Assembly (NCBI GenBank): GCA_002633005.1
Contig: NMRA01000773.1
Location: 19,631 to 83,630 of the forward strand
From: Phoronis australis
Taxonomy: Eukaryota > Animalia > Phoronida
DNA length: 64,000 bases
Direction of reading: 5' to 3'
The position numbers and the translations under genes were made by a program. The notes beneath the pieces are model-generated. The model ran no database searches. It worked only from the letters and a program-made list of their open reading frames with translations, and was not told the DNA's origin. Below are positions 12,221 to 23,670 of this stretch, piece after piece. How positions within the stretch are numbered: position 1 is the stretch's first letter; each line of letters begins with the position of its first letter.

Positions 12221-13252
12221 TGTCACTATCTTGGCAAGTGCGGAACCATGCACTTAGTAGAAATTGGGACAACTAGCCTTGCAAGTCCTTGTGCAAATCA
12301 ACAACTATCGGCTAGGTACAATGATGTCACATTAAACTCTGACTAGGGTAAAGTTCAACAAGATTACCTTTTTATTACCACAAATGTTTGACTTAATTGC
12401 CATATTATTGTGGCAAGAAATATACACGTCCAACTTTGACAGTCTGACAGAATTGGAAGTCTGTTCCGTTTATTTTGAAACTACTGTTTCAGTAGAAAGC
12501 CTGGTCATTTTCCACATTCCACTTTAAGCCCTTTCATATTGACTTAACTCCGGTCTGAGGGGAGCGTCGATGTAAACAGCGCAGCTAACTGGACCATTCA
12601 TACTGGCTTCCGTAGTTAATGAACATCGAAGTAAGCGGTTGTGTGCCGCTGTCGTCATCGAAGTTATCGCAAGGTAGCGTTGGACGCTAAGAAGAGTATG
12701 TTTCAATGGTTTTTATGCAGATTCACGATGTTTTTAAAACGTCTACAAACGGATCATATGACTTTAACTGGACCGTTCATACTGGTTTCGGTAGTTAATG
12801 AACATAAAAGTAAACGGTTGTGTGCCGCTGTCGTCATCGAAGTTATCACAAGGTAGCGTTGCACCCTAAGATTTTTTCAATGTTTCAATTTGGAAATATT
12901 TACATGTGCTAAGTGACCTTAAACTTATTTTTAAATCGATTGGTTATTATTAGAGCAAAATATAAGCAGCTATTAGTGACGGCACTACCTTGTAACTGTT
13001 GACGATAGCAGTGGTACCTGGCGATAACTTCGATTGGACCGGAGTTAAGCGTTCATACTCCACCGCAGCGTCGACGCTGCGGTTTTAAAGGAGAATGCCA
13101 CCCGATTTAATTAGTCTTTTTTACTGTATTAATCGGTCTATATCCACATCGCCTCTTGTACGGTCGACCCCACCTTGCCGAGAGGTGTCGCGTTAACCTG
13201 TGAGAAAGGTGAGAAACAACGCAGGGACGTCAGTGGTTCGTCTTCAGAGTGA

Positions 13253-13500
13253 ATGCCGCGCTACATTGCGGTGAATCGATCTCGCTTGTCCGAAATACGA
13301 AGCTGCGAAGAAAGCTGGTATATCATTTTTTCGACTTCCTCGAGAACCCGAAATGCTTAGGAAGTGGCTCGCGGTAGTGAAGAATGAAAGGTACGCTATT
13401 TTAGCAAGTTATGAGGCCGTGAAACATCTCCGTGTCTGTGGCCGGCATTTCGTCGACAGTGATTTCTCTGACAAATTCCGGCTTACCAAAGAACTATCCA
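13253..13500 (+). pseudogene. THAP zinc-finger domain (transposase N-terminus), frameshifted and truncated
   Basis: MPRY..., then AGISFFRLPREPEMLRKWLAVVKNERYAILASYEAVKHLRVCGRHFVDSDF, showing the THAP F..P...W and CxxHF motifs. Confidence 0.85.
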
Positions 13501-13663
13501 TACGTTCCGTTGCCTGTGCATGTTCACGGCGCCTCTCTAGTATTTCTTGATCAGTGTATTCTGGTTCGAACTGATAGCCTGTGAAACCTAACGATCCGAC
13601 CCATGAAGTCGTCGTCGGATGAGCTCTTGACTAAGTCGGGATTGGCGGCGGGCGAGTTGCCAT
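13490..13663 (-). pseudogene. N-terminus of a convergent second (KolX-like) ORF
   Basis: Minus strand reads GSLGFTGYQFEPEYTDQEILERRREHAQ; ATG at 13663, frameshifted in this copy. Confidence 0.55.
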
Positions 13664-15184
13664 GCAGACGTTTATTATTCTGCGTTCCATTTCAAAATGA
13701 ATTATTTTCATCATAACCAATGCTTACATAAAACTGAAACAATTAAAGTCTACGTGTCATTAGATGTAATGCCTTTGCAGTATTTGTGAGTGCAAATGAT
13801 GAGAAGCCAGCAATGAATGAAGCACTGCGTTACCGGCTTTTCTGCCGGCAATAAAGGAAAATTGACCGGACACTGAGACCGTGTGAGCGCATGCTAATTC
13901 AGTGTTTGCTGACAGAGAGCTGTTGTGAAACAATTACTCGATTTTATGTGCTATGGTCACATGTTAGGAGAATCTTTATTTAGAAATACAAATACATTAT
14001 TCAAATCATTGTTACTGTGCAACCTTTGCCCTGACTGTCTGTGGAAGGGGAACCCGACTTCGCGGCCCCTGACAAGTAAGTAGATTTTCAGTTTCGTAGC
14101 TAATTCACATAAATAATTACGTGTACATTATTTCTTTGGCTCACTATTATAGTCTTTTCGTGACTGGAGGTTTTGTTTCCAACTCAAGCTGGTTTATGTT
14201 CGTGCCAGTCCTGATCGGGTTCTAAGCCACTGGCCCGGATAACGAGTCAGTCCGGACGTGACGGGCCTGATCGGGTTCCGAGCCACTGGCCGGGATAACA
14301 AGCGTTTTGTGTGTTTCAGTATAATTCATAAAAAAATCACATGTCTAAACAAGACAGATCTAGGTTCTCCTGTCGGTATTTCATGGAAAAATAATTCGAA
14401 TTTATCTCCGAACAGACCTCAAACTCCTGCTACGGACCTTGGTAAATTGGGCTGCCGAAATTTGTAGGCTACGGTGTGTCCAAATACCAATAAATTCGTA
14501 ACAGTGAAATAAAACAACACGGTTTTATAAGAACTCGGTGTATTTTTAAGGGTTTTACATCGACGTTTGATGATTTATTGGTGTTAAACGATGAATTCAA
14601 TAACCCGTGTTGTGAACTGCTGAACTCACTGCGTGTGAAACCAATGACGTCATTGGATAATTTCAACACCTCCGTCTGCCGTCAGGTCACAGGTAACGCA
14701 AACGAACGTGCCGTTATCGAGTAGAACTACTCGATCTAAATTGATACAAAATAGGTTGTTTTAGGGTGGCATTCTCCTTTAAATCCACCTGTTAACTGCG
14801 ATGTAAATCGGAGCTGTTAACTGCGATCCAGGACCGGAGTTAAGCGTTCATACTGACCGCAACTCCCCAAACCATCGACGCGTCGACATTAGTATGAAAG
14901 GCCCTTAACAATGAACTGTGACCTTCTTTTAAAAGTAAGTTGCAAACGAGTAAGAGTTGCCTGGGAACGGTACGTTTTAATGATAATTAAGTTAATTACG
15001 CGCTGCAAAATTAGTTGACATTGCGAGTGAATGTTGAAGAAGCTAACATAGTTAAGGCGTTTATAGGTTATGTGTACCGAAAACAAGTTTTCACCGAATA
15101 ATTAACCGAAGAGTTTGAGATTTTCACTTGTCCCAGTTTAATCGGCTTTTTCTCGGCTTCGGCAAATCGACATTATTTGAACTT

Positions 15185-15720
15185 AGGAACACTGGTTCTC
15201 CAAAACGGCTTGATGGATTTCTCTGAAACTTTCCAAACTTAATATTTAGTCATCAGTCTCAAAGAAAACTGATAGAATTTTTGATAAAAAGGCCTAGTTT
15301 TTGCATAATGTAACAAAGACCAATACGACTTCAATTTTTTTTTTGCAAAAGTACCTAACGTTTTGCAACTTGATTTGTTATAGAAACCAAAAGAAAAGAC
15401 TAATCGAAAATTCCTAACAGCATTTTTGAGGTAACTGGTGAAGTTTTCATTTAAAAAGGGTTTCATTAAAATTAACATTGGGGTTATTTTGCTATGAATG
15501 TACCTTTCTTAAAAATGAAAATTTGACTTAAAAAGGTTTTACGTAAAAATAATGGTACACATATACAAACAAAAATTATATTCCCTGATCTTTTTTCTTC
15601 CAGAAAATATACACTTTTACTAGTTGACAAAGCTTAGATTTTTGATATACGAGTTAGAATGGAGGTCACAAAATAAGGTTTGATATATGATTAGAATGGA
15701 GGTTTGAGATAACCTTGACC
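15185..15720. mobile_element. Uninterrupted copy of the 3278-5091 TTAA MITE family
   Basis: ctgaaactttccaaacttaatatttagtcatca... is colinear with 3328-3757 + 5051-5091. Confidence 0.8.
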
Positions 15721-15803
15721 TTGAAAAGAGAGAATTCTGCTGTTATTAATCAGCTACTTGTTATGGAGTAAGTGAGAATTATTAGATTTATTACACGGTA
15801 AAC

Positions 15804-15975
15804 GTTGGTCACATTACGTGACCAATAATTTAGTCCGAAAATATCCGGGTTCTAACCCGTGCAGACGCTCTAATCTATTGAATGTCTGCACGAATAAGTC
15901 CCGGGTTTGAGGCGCGGACGGGGGAGATACACGTATCTTTTCGGACTTAAATATAGATCATTTGATGTGACTAAC
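15804..15975. repeat. Short foldback/palindromic repeat
   Basis: ttggtcacatt...tttagtccgaaaa is inverted relative to ttttcggacttaaa...gatgtgactaa. Confidence 0.5.
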
Positions 15976-17349
15976 AAATAATAATTCTTACATACAAAAA
16001 CAAACAAGTTTGCAACACAGGGTATACGTATTTGTCATGACGTATTTGTCATGACATACTTGTCCTGACGTTTTCAGCCCGTAAACACTTCTCGAAACGG
16101 AATTAATCTAACAGAAACCGCAGAAGCGCAGGTGGTTGCCATGGAAACTTTCCACCTGTGATATGTGTGCTGAACAAGCGTAGATCTTGATCTGCTGAAG
16201 CCCTGCGCGATTGAAATATCTTATTAGTTGGTCGATATTTAAAGTTCCAAAAAGGCTGAGAATAATTTTTATCACTAATTCAAATCTACAAATAAAAAAA
16301 TGAAACCGCAAGACTATGAGGTGATGATACAGGCAAAGGTCATGACTGTGGTTTGTTTACGCAGAAATAAACAATAAAACCTGTGTATGCCGACAGTCTT
16401 CAACGCAGACGTGGTGATGATTAGACACCGCCAACAAAACATTTCCTTGCAGCGTGTGTCTGGATAAAGATATCTTTAACAGGCCCGTAGCCAGCATATC
16501 CGTTAAAGATATTTTTATGTAAGGATATAGGTGGACAACAACAAAAAAATGTTGCAGCTACTGGTACTACTAAATACAATGATAATTAAGTTAGTAATAA
16601 TTTTGAAATTGCTCCTCATTCAAAGCGCTTCACGTGGCATCGGGCGGTACCCGTCCAACTTCGCCCAAGTGGTGTTTGTGTAGATGACAGGATATCGTAC
16701 AGACGACAAAAGGAGTCTTGATCAGCACTGAACGCGCGTGGTTGCAACACCAAAGGGTAACAAGGGAATCCAGAAGTGAATGTCTATACCTACTGTAGGC
16801 ATAGATGCCTAGCCCTATGACCTAAGCAAGCTATATAGCAACGATCGAGAGCTTGCAAAAAGTAATGCGATGTGAATACCTTAAATCGGTCAAGAAACAA
16901 AACAGCCGTAATTTGTGAATTGTTATTCTGCTATTTTGGTTTAATTGCTAGCATAGTACGGTAAAGTGCAGGTATTTTCAAATTTTGAATTGAAAGTGAT
17001 CGTCAGATATGCAAATACGTTGTTCATCCAATGTCCACTTGGATTGTGGATTGGTGGATTGACATGCATGTGTGTACACGTGTGTGCGTTTCCGTTCTTT
17101 TAAATTCAGTACATGCTGACAGTAAGTTCACTATAGGCAGTCCTCCGCCGTGCTAAAAAACAAGACATTCAACTACCATGTTTTCTTGAACTGAGAAAAC
17201 CCCGTCAAGCATTTTCATTTCATTAGGGAAAAGAAGGCCTAGACCTCAACTTTGGTCAATAAAGAAAGTTTTCTCTTGTCAATCGGTGTCCATGGTGCAC
17301 AATCCCGCAGACTTTATACGAGCAACAAACTTGATGGAAAAGATTTCCA

Positions 17350-18319
17350 AGGCTACATGTCACAACATGTATGCCGAAGGTCCATTACTCCGAATGCTCA
17401 CTGTGTCTCCGAAGGTTCGTTACCTTCGAAAATTCACTACTTCGAATTTCCCCAATTCCCGAAAATCAGAACTCCGACTTTTCACTACTCTGGTTGTCTG
17501 ATCACGACTAATTCTAAAGCATGCGGGGAAAACACCTGGGGCCTGGGTCCATGGGCGACGCACCATAGGGGGCTGGGGGCTATAGCCCCTCCATTTATTT
17601 CAGTGCTGCGCTGCCCATGGGCATGGGTGGCGCGCACCATAGAGGGCTGGGCGGGGGGGGGGCTACAGCCCCCAACTTATTTTATTGCTGAGCCGCCCAT
17701 GGGGTGAGGGCTGCGGCGACCAACGACTGTTTGAAACTTAAGAAGACTGAATGGGACTCCCTGATTTCGTGAAGGCTGGCAGGGACAGGGTGCCCTACTA
17801 ACTACATTTAGTTTCAACTCGGCCGTGCGCGAGATTTCTGGTGTGAGGCTGAGGCGCAGCGGCTCTAAACTTTTCAGTCATGCTGCGATGGGATCTTGAC
17901 ATGGATTTGATGAATGTATTGTTTTTCATAATTCATCAATATTCCTACTTTATGTTCTTTTAAAAATGCACGTGCGCACTCATTTTCCGCGTTAAGACTT
18001 GCGGCAATATCGCATGCACATTGAAAATGAATATAGACAGTGACTACCCTCTGGCCAGCTAGACGTTGGTCACTGTCTACATGAAATCCAAACAAAGTGC
18101 TTTAGTACCCGGTCGTTGTTTCAATATAGGTGCATCTAATAGCCGAAGAATCGTTTATTTTTTAATGTAAAATTATAAAAATTACACCTGAGTCTGAAAG
18201 TTTAGATACTTTCGGAGCAGTGAACCTTCGAAGTATAGATTCTTCGAAGTACATGTAGTCAACCTTCGGAGTAGTGAATCTTCGGAGTCCTAAACCTTCG
18301 AAATAGTGATCTGTTCCCA
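17350..18319. mobile_element. Foldback-type element with TIRs made of ~16-bp tandem units
   Basis: Left array (ctccgaaggttcacta-like, 17370-17490) is inverted relative to the right array (ttcggagtagtgaacc-like, 18210-18310). Confidence 0.6.
17550..17701. mobile_element. Head-to-tail dimer of a tiny GC-rich CATGGG...CCCATG MITE
   Basis: Two ~70-80-bp units; flanks gggtc/gggtg form an imperfect 5-bp TSD. A monomer relative lies at ~2625-2687. Confidence 0.65.
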
Positions 18320-21300
18320 TTTCCAGCGATGAAAGAAACTCCAGTAACGCGCAAAAATAGAACAAGATATACATTTTCGTCAGGACATTCTCCGAGCATG
18401 TAATGAGGTGTAATCACTCACTTAAGCATGACTGATTTCAAATTTTGGCAGGAGGTAACGCGAAAACGTTCTCTTTATGGACCACAGTACATCCGAATTT
18501 GACTCCCGCTCTTTGCGAGCAACCGTCACGGCATCCTCGTTTCTGATATTACAAATTCCGTCTCATCTCATGAACATAGAGCTGAGAGTCATCGTGGTGT
18601 ATACAGATTTCCTTCCCTCTAATAAAGCTGCGTCAAAAGCCTTACCGAAAACTCTACAGTGTCGACGTTTGCAAAATATCAAAGGTCCACTGGTCTAGAA
18701 ATTCGAACCTTCCCTCGCTCATTGCTGGCTACGGGCCTGCCTTTGGTCTGGGAGAGGGTTCTAGTCCCGGGATTGAAGTTTATTCACCGTTTACGGGAGT
18801 ATTTTCAGCGCGTGTGGTGTTTTGAGGAACTGATCTGGAGATTGTACCACATGTGCAGCATCTGATGGGAACTTTGATCTAACGGGTCGTAGCTGAAATT
18901 TAGAGGCACGACAACCGAATCCATCCTATGATTATACACGATTTCAAAAATTAGATTTCAGGCAAACACACTTCACCGCCAGCAACCTGTGCGATATTTA
19001 ACGCGGGGCTTGACTGATTTCCATTAAGAACCGATTTATGGGAATTAGGTGAATGAAAAACACTCGAGGCGTAATCACGTGACATGCAAGAACAAATACA
19101 AAACACTACGAATCCAAGATTGCCCTTCGCAACGCTGCAAAACACGTGGCTAAAAACTTTGTTTTTAAGCATGTTTGAACCCAAAAGTCCCTTTTGATCG
19201 TTCGGCATGAATAAATGTGGTAGCAGCCTGCGGAAGCCCACTTGCCTCGTATAGTGCCGATTGGCTGATCTCACGCGGACATCATTGTAGTCTTTCAATT
19301 CATTAACTGATCGATTGGTTTCACATCGTCCCAAAATACAACACACTACTAGAGACAGACGGAGAGGCATACAAATGAACGTATGGACAAAAAATAAGAC
19401 TTATGGTATACGAAAAATTAAACTTAAACTGAAAGTGGAAACTGGCCGTTTTTGGTATTTGTACTCGTGCTTAGGTGCGTTTGTGTGGTATTTGTACTGC
19501 TCTATGCGTAAAGGCTGAAATGCATTTCCGTTGCCTGGCGATCTCTATACTGATCTAAGAACCATATTATTTGCAGAGGTCATATTGGTCTGACCCTCAT
19601 TTGGCGAGCAAGGAATTCAGAACCGGTTTGTTTTCTTAATGGCTAATATCACCGTGAGTAAATGAGTTATAAATCATTTTTGTTTATAATGCATTTCTCA
19701 GGCGAAAAAAGCTCTTATTTGCTACTTGAATAATAGTGATTGAGAAGGTTGGTCTGATTTTCTTTTTGTCATTGTATACTTGTACATGTAGGCGTTGCCC
19801 ATTCTTTATACGATCTCTTTGGAAGTGGTGACTTATAAGCCCACGTTGTGGCTGGGTAGCAATTGCTACAGGCCACTAAAATGAATGATTATTGATTGAT
19901 TGATTGACTGACTTAAAACTAAAATAGAGCATAGAGTCGATCTTGTTATATTCCTGATAACTCAGAGAATGCAAGAGTATCGTGGAAAACCTGACAACGG
20001 GGTCTGACAGACGAACCAATTTATATTGCAGGACGTTGAGTCATTCGTTATTGTAGTGACGTAATGTCCGAAAAAAGAATGATATACAATATCGACACCA
20101 TGTACTAAATAATTGTTTATGGCATGCTCTTGTTAAAGAGCGTAACACTCGAAACGTGGGGAATATTTTAATATATTTTAGTACCGACGCTCGTCGTTTC
20201 ACTTTTACTATTTTATACTCGTCTCCGTCGGTATCTGCACGGCATTCCAGCACTACATATTAATACGATAATATAAATATTATCAGTCACCGGAGAATGA
20301 GTTATGAAGGGATATGACCCGAGCCCGCCGGTGTTTTTTGTTATGAAGTACTATGGGAAGTTTTTGAGCAGTTTTTTTCAGTAGTTCTGGAGATGCCAGT
20401 AAACTTTTTGCACCATCTAATCAAAACAGCTTTTGTCAAGTAAGAAAGTCAGGCAAGAATATCCTGTTTAATAGTGCTGTTACCGGGTTTGGAAAAAAAA
20501 TGAACATCTGTGGATTCATAAATCTTTAGAAACTTTCTATGAAATAATATTTTGACTGATGTTGATATTCTGTATTGAAATGGATAATAATCACAATTGC
20601 AATCAGGTTCTACAAGGGTAGGTTAATTAAGAATAGCAGTGCCCAGTTTGTTTGCACAACTGCATGATAACTCGACTCAGGGCGATGGCACCATCTGTTT
20701 GCCAGGCCACAGAGAGTGCTGTTCTTCAATGGAACTATTAATGGATATGTAAGCTTATATTTGCCGAATGTGAGTCGATTTTGACCAAAACTATACCGTT
20801 GTGGTCGGCATAAGCTAATTCATGACTGAATTTCAGAATTGCAACCGTTGAAAAACCGAATGCTCAGGCACATTCCACTGACAGACAGCAGACTACTTAT
20901 CACTGCCGTACATCAAACGGGAAGCTGAAACCTAAACATAGCCTCTGCATAATTGTAATGTGGCTATCAGCAGTAGCGGATGCAGGACTTCAGATAATCA
21001 GCTCAGCAAAATTTTATAATGCAACCTCCGAATTCACTGTGTAACATATCACAAACAAATTCTTAATTCTGAGCTTTTGAGGATTCACGACGGTCACAAT
21101 ACAAAGGGTTTTTTGTTACAAATCTATATGTGACTCGTCCGATGCTACTTAACGTCCATTGATAGGCTAAATCAGTGGTTAACTCGGTTCGTGAATTCCC
21201 ATGATCTCTTTTGTTTTTAGTCAAAAAGTCCGCGCACCCAAAAATTCGAGACCCCTGCATTCCTACATTTTAGGCTGGGCGCGCGCATCTGCCGAAATTC

Positions 21301-21694
21301 TTGTTATTCCTGTGCCCTGGCCCCCTAACTCAAAATCCTGGATCCGCCCCTGAAAACTGTTAATTGTATGACATTTCTGTCTCAGTTTTTAATTGCTAAA
21401 TATCGTCGTCTGGAACTTAGTCGCCAATGCCTCGGAAACTACAATATCAACTGTTGTTATTTAACTATTTTCAGGACAAGTTCAATGAACAATTACCGTT
21501 GTTTTCATCTTTGTTATCTCTTTTCAGGTAATAAATCGTTTCATTTAAAACTGTTTCTTTTACTAGAGAAAATTTGTAACCTAACGCGCAAGTACTTCAT
21601 CTACGCCACTCTCGGTATGTTTTGTGTATATAGTCAACACAATGGACATTTAGAGTTATAATACAAACGCACCAGGATTAGTTTACATGATGGT

Positions 21695-21998
21695 GTTCAC
21701 ACCGGACTGTATATTTACACCCGACTGTATATTTATAGCCGACTGTATGTTTGCATTCGACTGTATGGTTACACCCGACTGTACATTTACACCAGACTGT
21801 ATACTTACACCCGACTGTATATTTACACTTGACTGAATATTTACACCCGACTGTATATCTACACCCGACTGTATATATTTACATCCGACTGTATATTTAC
21901 GTACGGTGTGTATTTTTCTCACATAAACACATATACACACGGGTGTAAAGCTATACACACGGGTGTAAAGCTATACACACGGGTGTAAAGGTATACAC
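21695..21998. repeat. 18-bp minisatellite (tttacacccgactgtata x~11) followed by a 19-bp repeat x3 carrying the inverted core (gggtgtaaa)
   Basis: Directly visible tandem units. Confidence 0.95.
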
Positions 21999-22505
21999 TC
22001 GTGAGGGAGTGCAACAATTACACCACCTCCAGAGATAACGTAACGTAAATGTAAATTTTACACACGCGCAAATATTCACCTGGCACATCTGAAGGCGATC
22101 TAAATTTACACACGGGCGTAAAAGGTAGATCCCACCGCCAAATGTGCCATTACGAAATCATATCTGTGATGTAATCTTGTCTTAAAACAACACCTCTTTT
22201 CAACGGCCAAAACATCCTCTGTTATCATGAGTGCTTTGACATCTTTTATTGAAATGCTGTTGCTGCTGCTAGGTGAAATTTTCACCGGCGATTTTTATGA
22301 CACGGTGTCACTAGGCATACTTATAATAATTTTATCAGAACAAATCAGTTTTTTGATCCACTTTGTATTTTTTTTCAATTTGAACGCTGACTTTCCAAAA
22401 GCCAACACGTCATGAACAAGACCCGACCACGCCATGTTTTGCTTACATCAACAATGATGTAATCAGTATCAGTGATCACTCACCAATTGTTGAAACGAAG
22501 GCTAC

Positions 22506-22819
22506 ATGTATATCCACCAGCTTGACCTGCAGGAACAAGTCACTATCTTCAGGCTAAGAACCGGCCACTGCCACATGCATCGCCTGAAAATCTCTCACAC
22601 AAACGCATGCCCCTGTGGCACTGGCCCCCAGACACCTGAGCATTCACTGCAGAGCTGCCCTACGTTCGATACCCTAAGGCGCCAGGCATGGTCTAGTCCG
22701 TTGGTCGGAACTCAAGGTAAAACTGTGGGGCCCGACGGCATCATTGCGGCGATCTGCAGACTTCGCCCAAAAGACCAGACTGACTATCTAAGCTACATGG
22801 CCGGGAACGCTGAAGAAGT
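22506..22819 (+). mobile_element. 3' end of an I-group (Nimb/Ingi-like) LINE
   Basis: EQVTIFRLRTGHCHMHRL..CPCG..PQTPEHSLQSCP: RLRTGH plus a C-terminal CCHC knuckle; ends in gaagaag. Confidence 0.8.
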
Positions 22820-23329
22820 GTTGTTGCCGGAAACCGCGAACACTGAGTCGTGCGCGATCTTTTAATATGCGACTTCCATCTATATCAGTCTACTACTGGG
22901 AAATTCGAAAATTATCATTCGAGGGATGGCCTTATGGAAATTTTCAGCAACATGACCTACAAAGTTGTTGGCTTTGACTGAACCAATTTCACGTATTCAT
23001 GAGAACAAGAAAACAAGTGCTTTCGTAACTCCGCCAGATTACAAAAAGTGCGGTTACCCAAATCTTGTCTGCATTCATTACGAAATGACTTTAACCTGTG
23101 ATGTGGATTATATGTTTGTAATATATTCGAGGAATACCTGGCAGAATGAGTGAATGATGCATTTCACGTAAATAGACCTTCGGCCCACATTACAAAAACA
23201 TGATAACAGAGAGTATAGGATATCCAAACCAAGACTTATTTACACCAAGAAACAAACTTCGACGATTCTCAGCATTAATTAAAGTATTTAGCAATTTTTC
23301 CCAAATTGTATCAGTCATGGGTCTGTTGG

Positions 23330-23670
23330 AGATCCCTGAATACTGCTTCATCCACCTTATCGAATCTGGGTAAGAACTACAGGCGCAATTCAGAATAAAA
23401 TTTATATTTGACAAGAAATTACATTTCTGATATTATCTTCCTTCTATCGCATGAGGGTATGTTCTCTCCTCCCTATCAAGACCAATGAACCTTCCCTTAA
23501 CTATCATTATTAAAGTATGAGCCGAACATCTAAATCTTGCGAGGGCTGCTCTAAGTGAGCTATTTCCTAGACATGCTATGCATTTTTCAATAACAAAATC
23601 AATCTTTACAATTTTATAAACCTCTAACGATTGGGAAGATATGCTGTTACTCCAATCCTGGATATAAAGT
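23330..23670 (-). mobile_element. 3' ORF2 fragment of a LINE (RTEX/L2-CR1-like), decayed
   Basis: Minus-strand frame LYIQDWSNSISSQSLEVYKIVKIDFVIEKCIACLGNSSLRAALARFRCSAHTLIMIVKGRFIGLDREER matches the R..L.RFR.S.H.L.IE.GR...R.ER LINE motif. It is absent from the ORF track. Confidence 0.75.

Larger units (their letters stand above)
13089..14778 (+). mobile_element. Non-autonomous Kolobok-type transposon, family A (copy 1)
   Basis: TTAA|AGGAGAATGCCACCC ... GGGTGGCATTCTCCT|TTAA: a perfect 15-bp TIR with TTAA TSD. THAP remnant near the left end. Confidence 0.9.
12527..14904. mobile_element. PIF/Harbinger-type MITE (TTA TSD) split by a Kolobok-type insertion
   Basis: TTA|agccctttcatatt ... agtatgaaaggccc|TTA. 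Internal repeats gaccggagttaagcgttcatact and a ~180-bp internal duplication (12590/12770). Confidence 0.7.

Noticed and set aside
13085-14782. piggyBac assignment for the TTAA elements
   Set aside because: Termini are AGG...CCT rather than CCY...RGG, and they encode a THAP domain, which fits Kolobok.
17252-17707. 151-aa ORF
   Set aside because: It runs across a tandem-repeat TIR and a MITE dimer.
21683-21958. Repeat protein (QSGVNI)n
   Set aside because: Translation of an 18-bp minisatellite; no splice or coding support.
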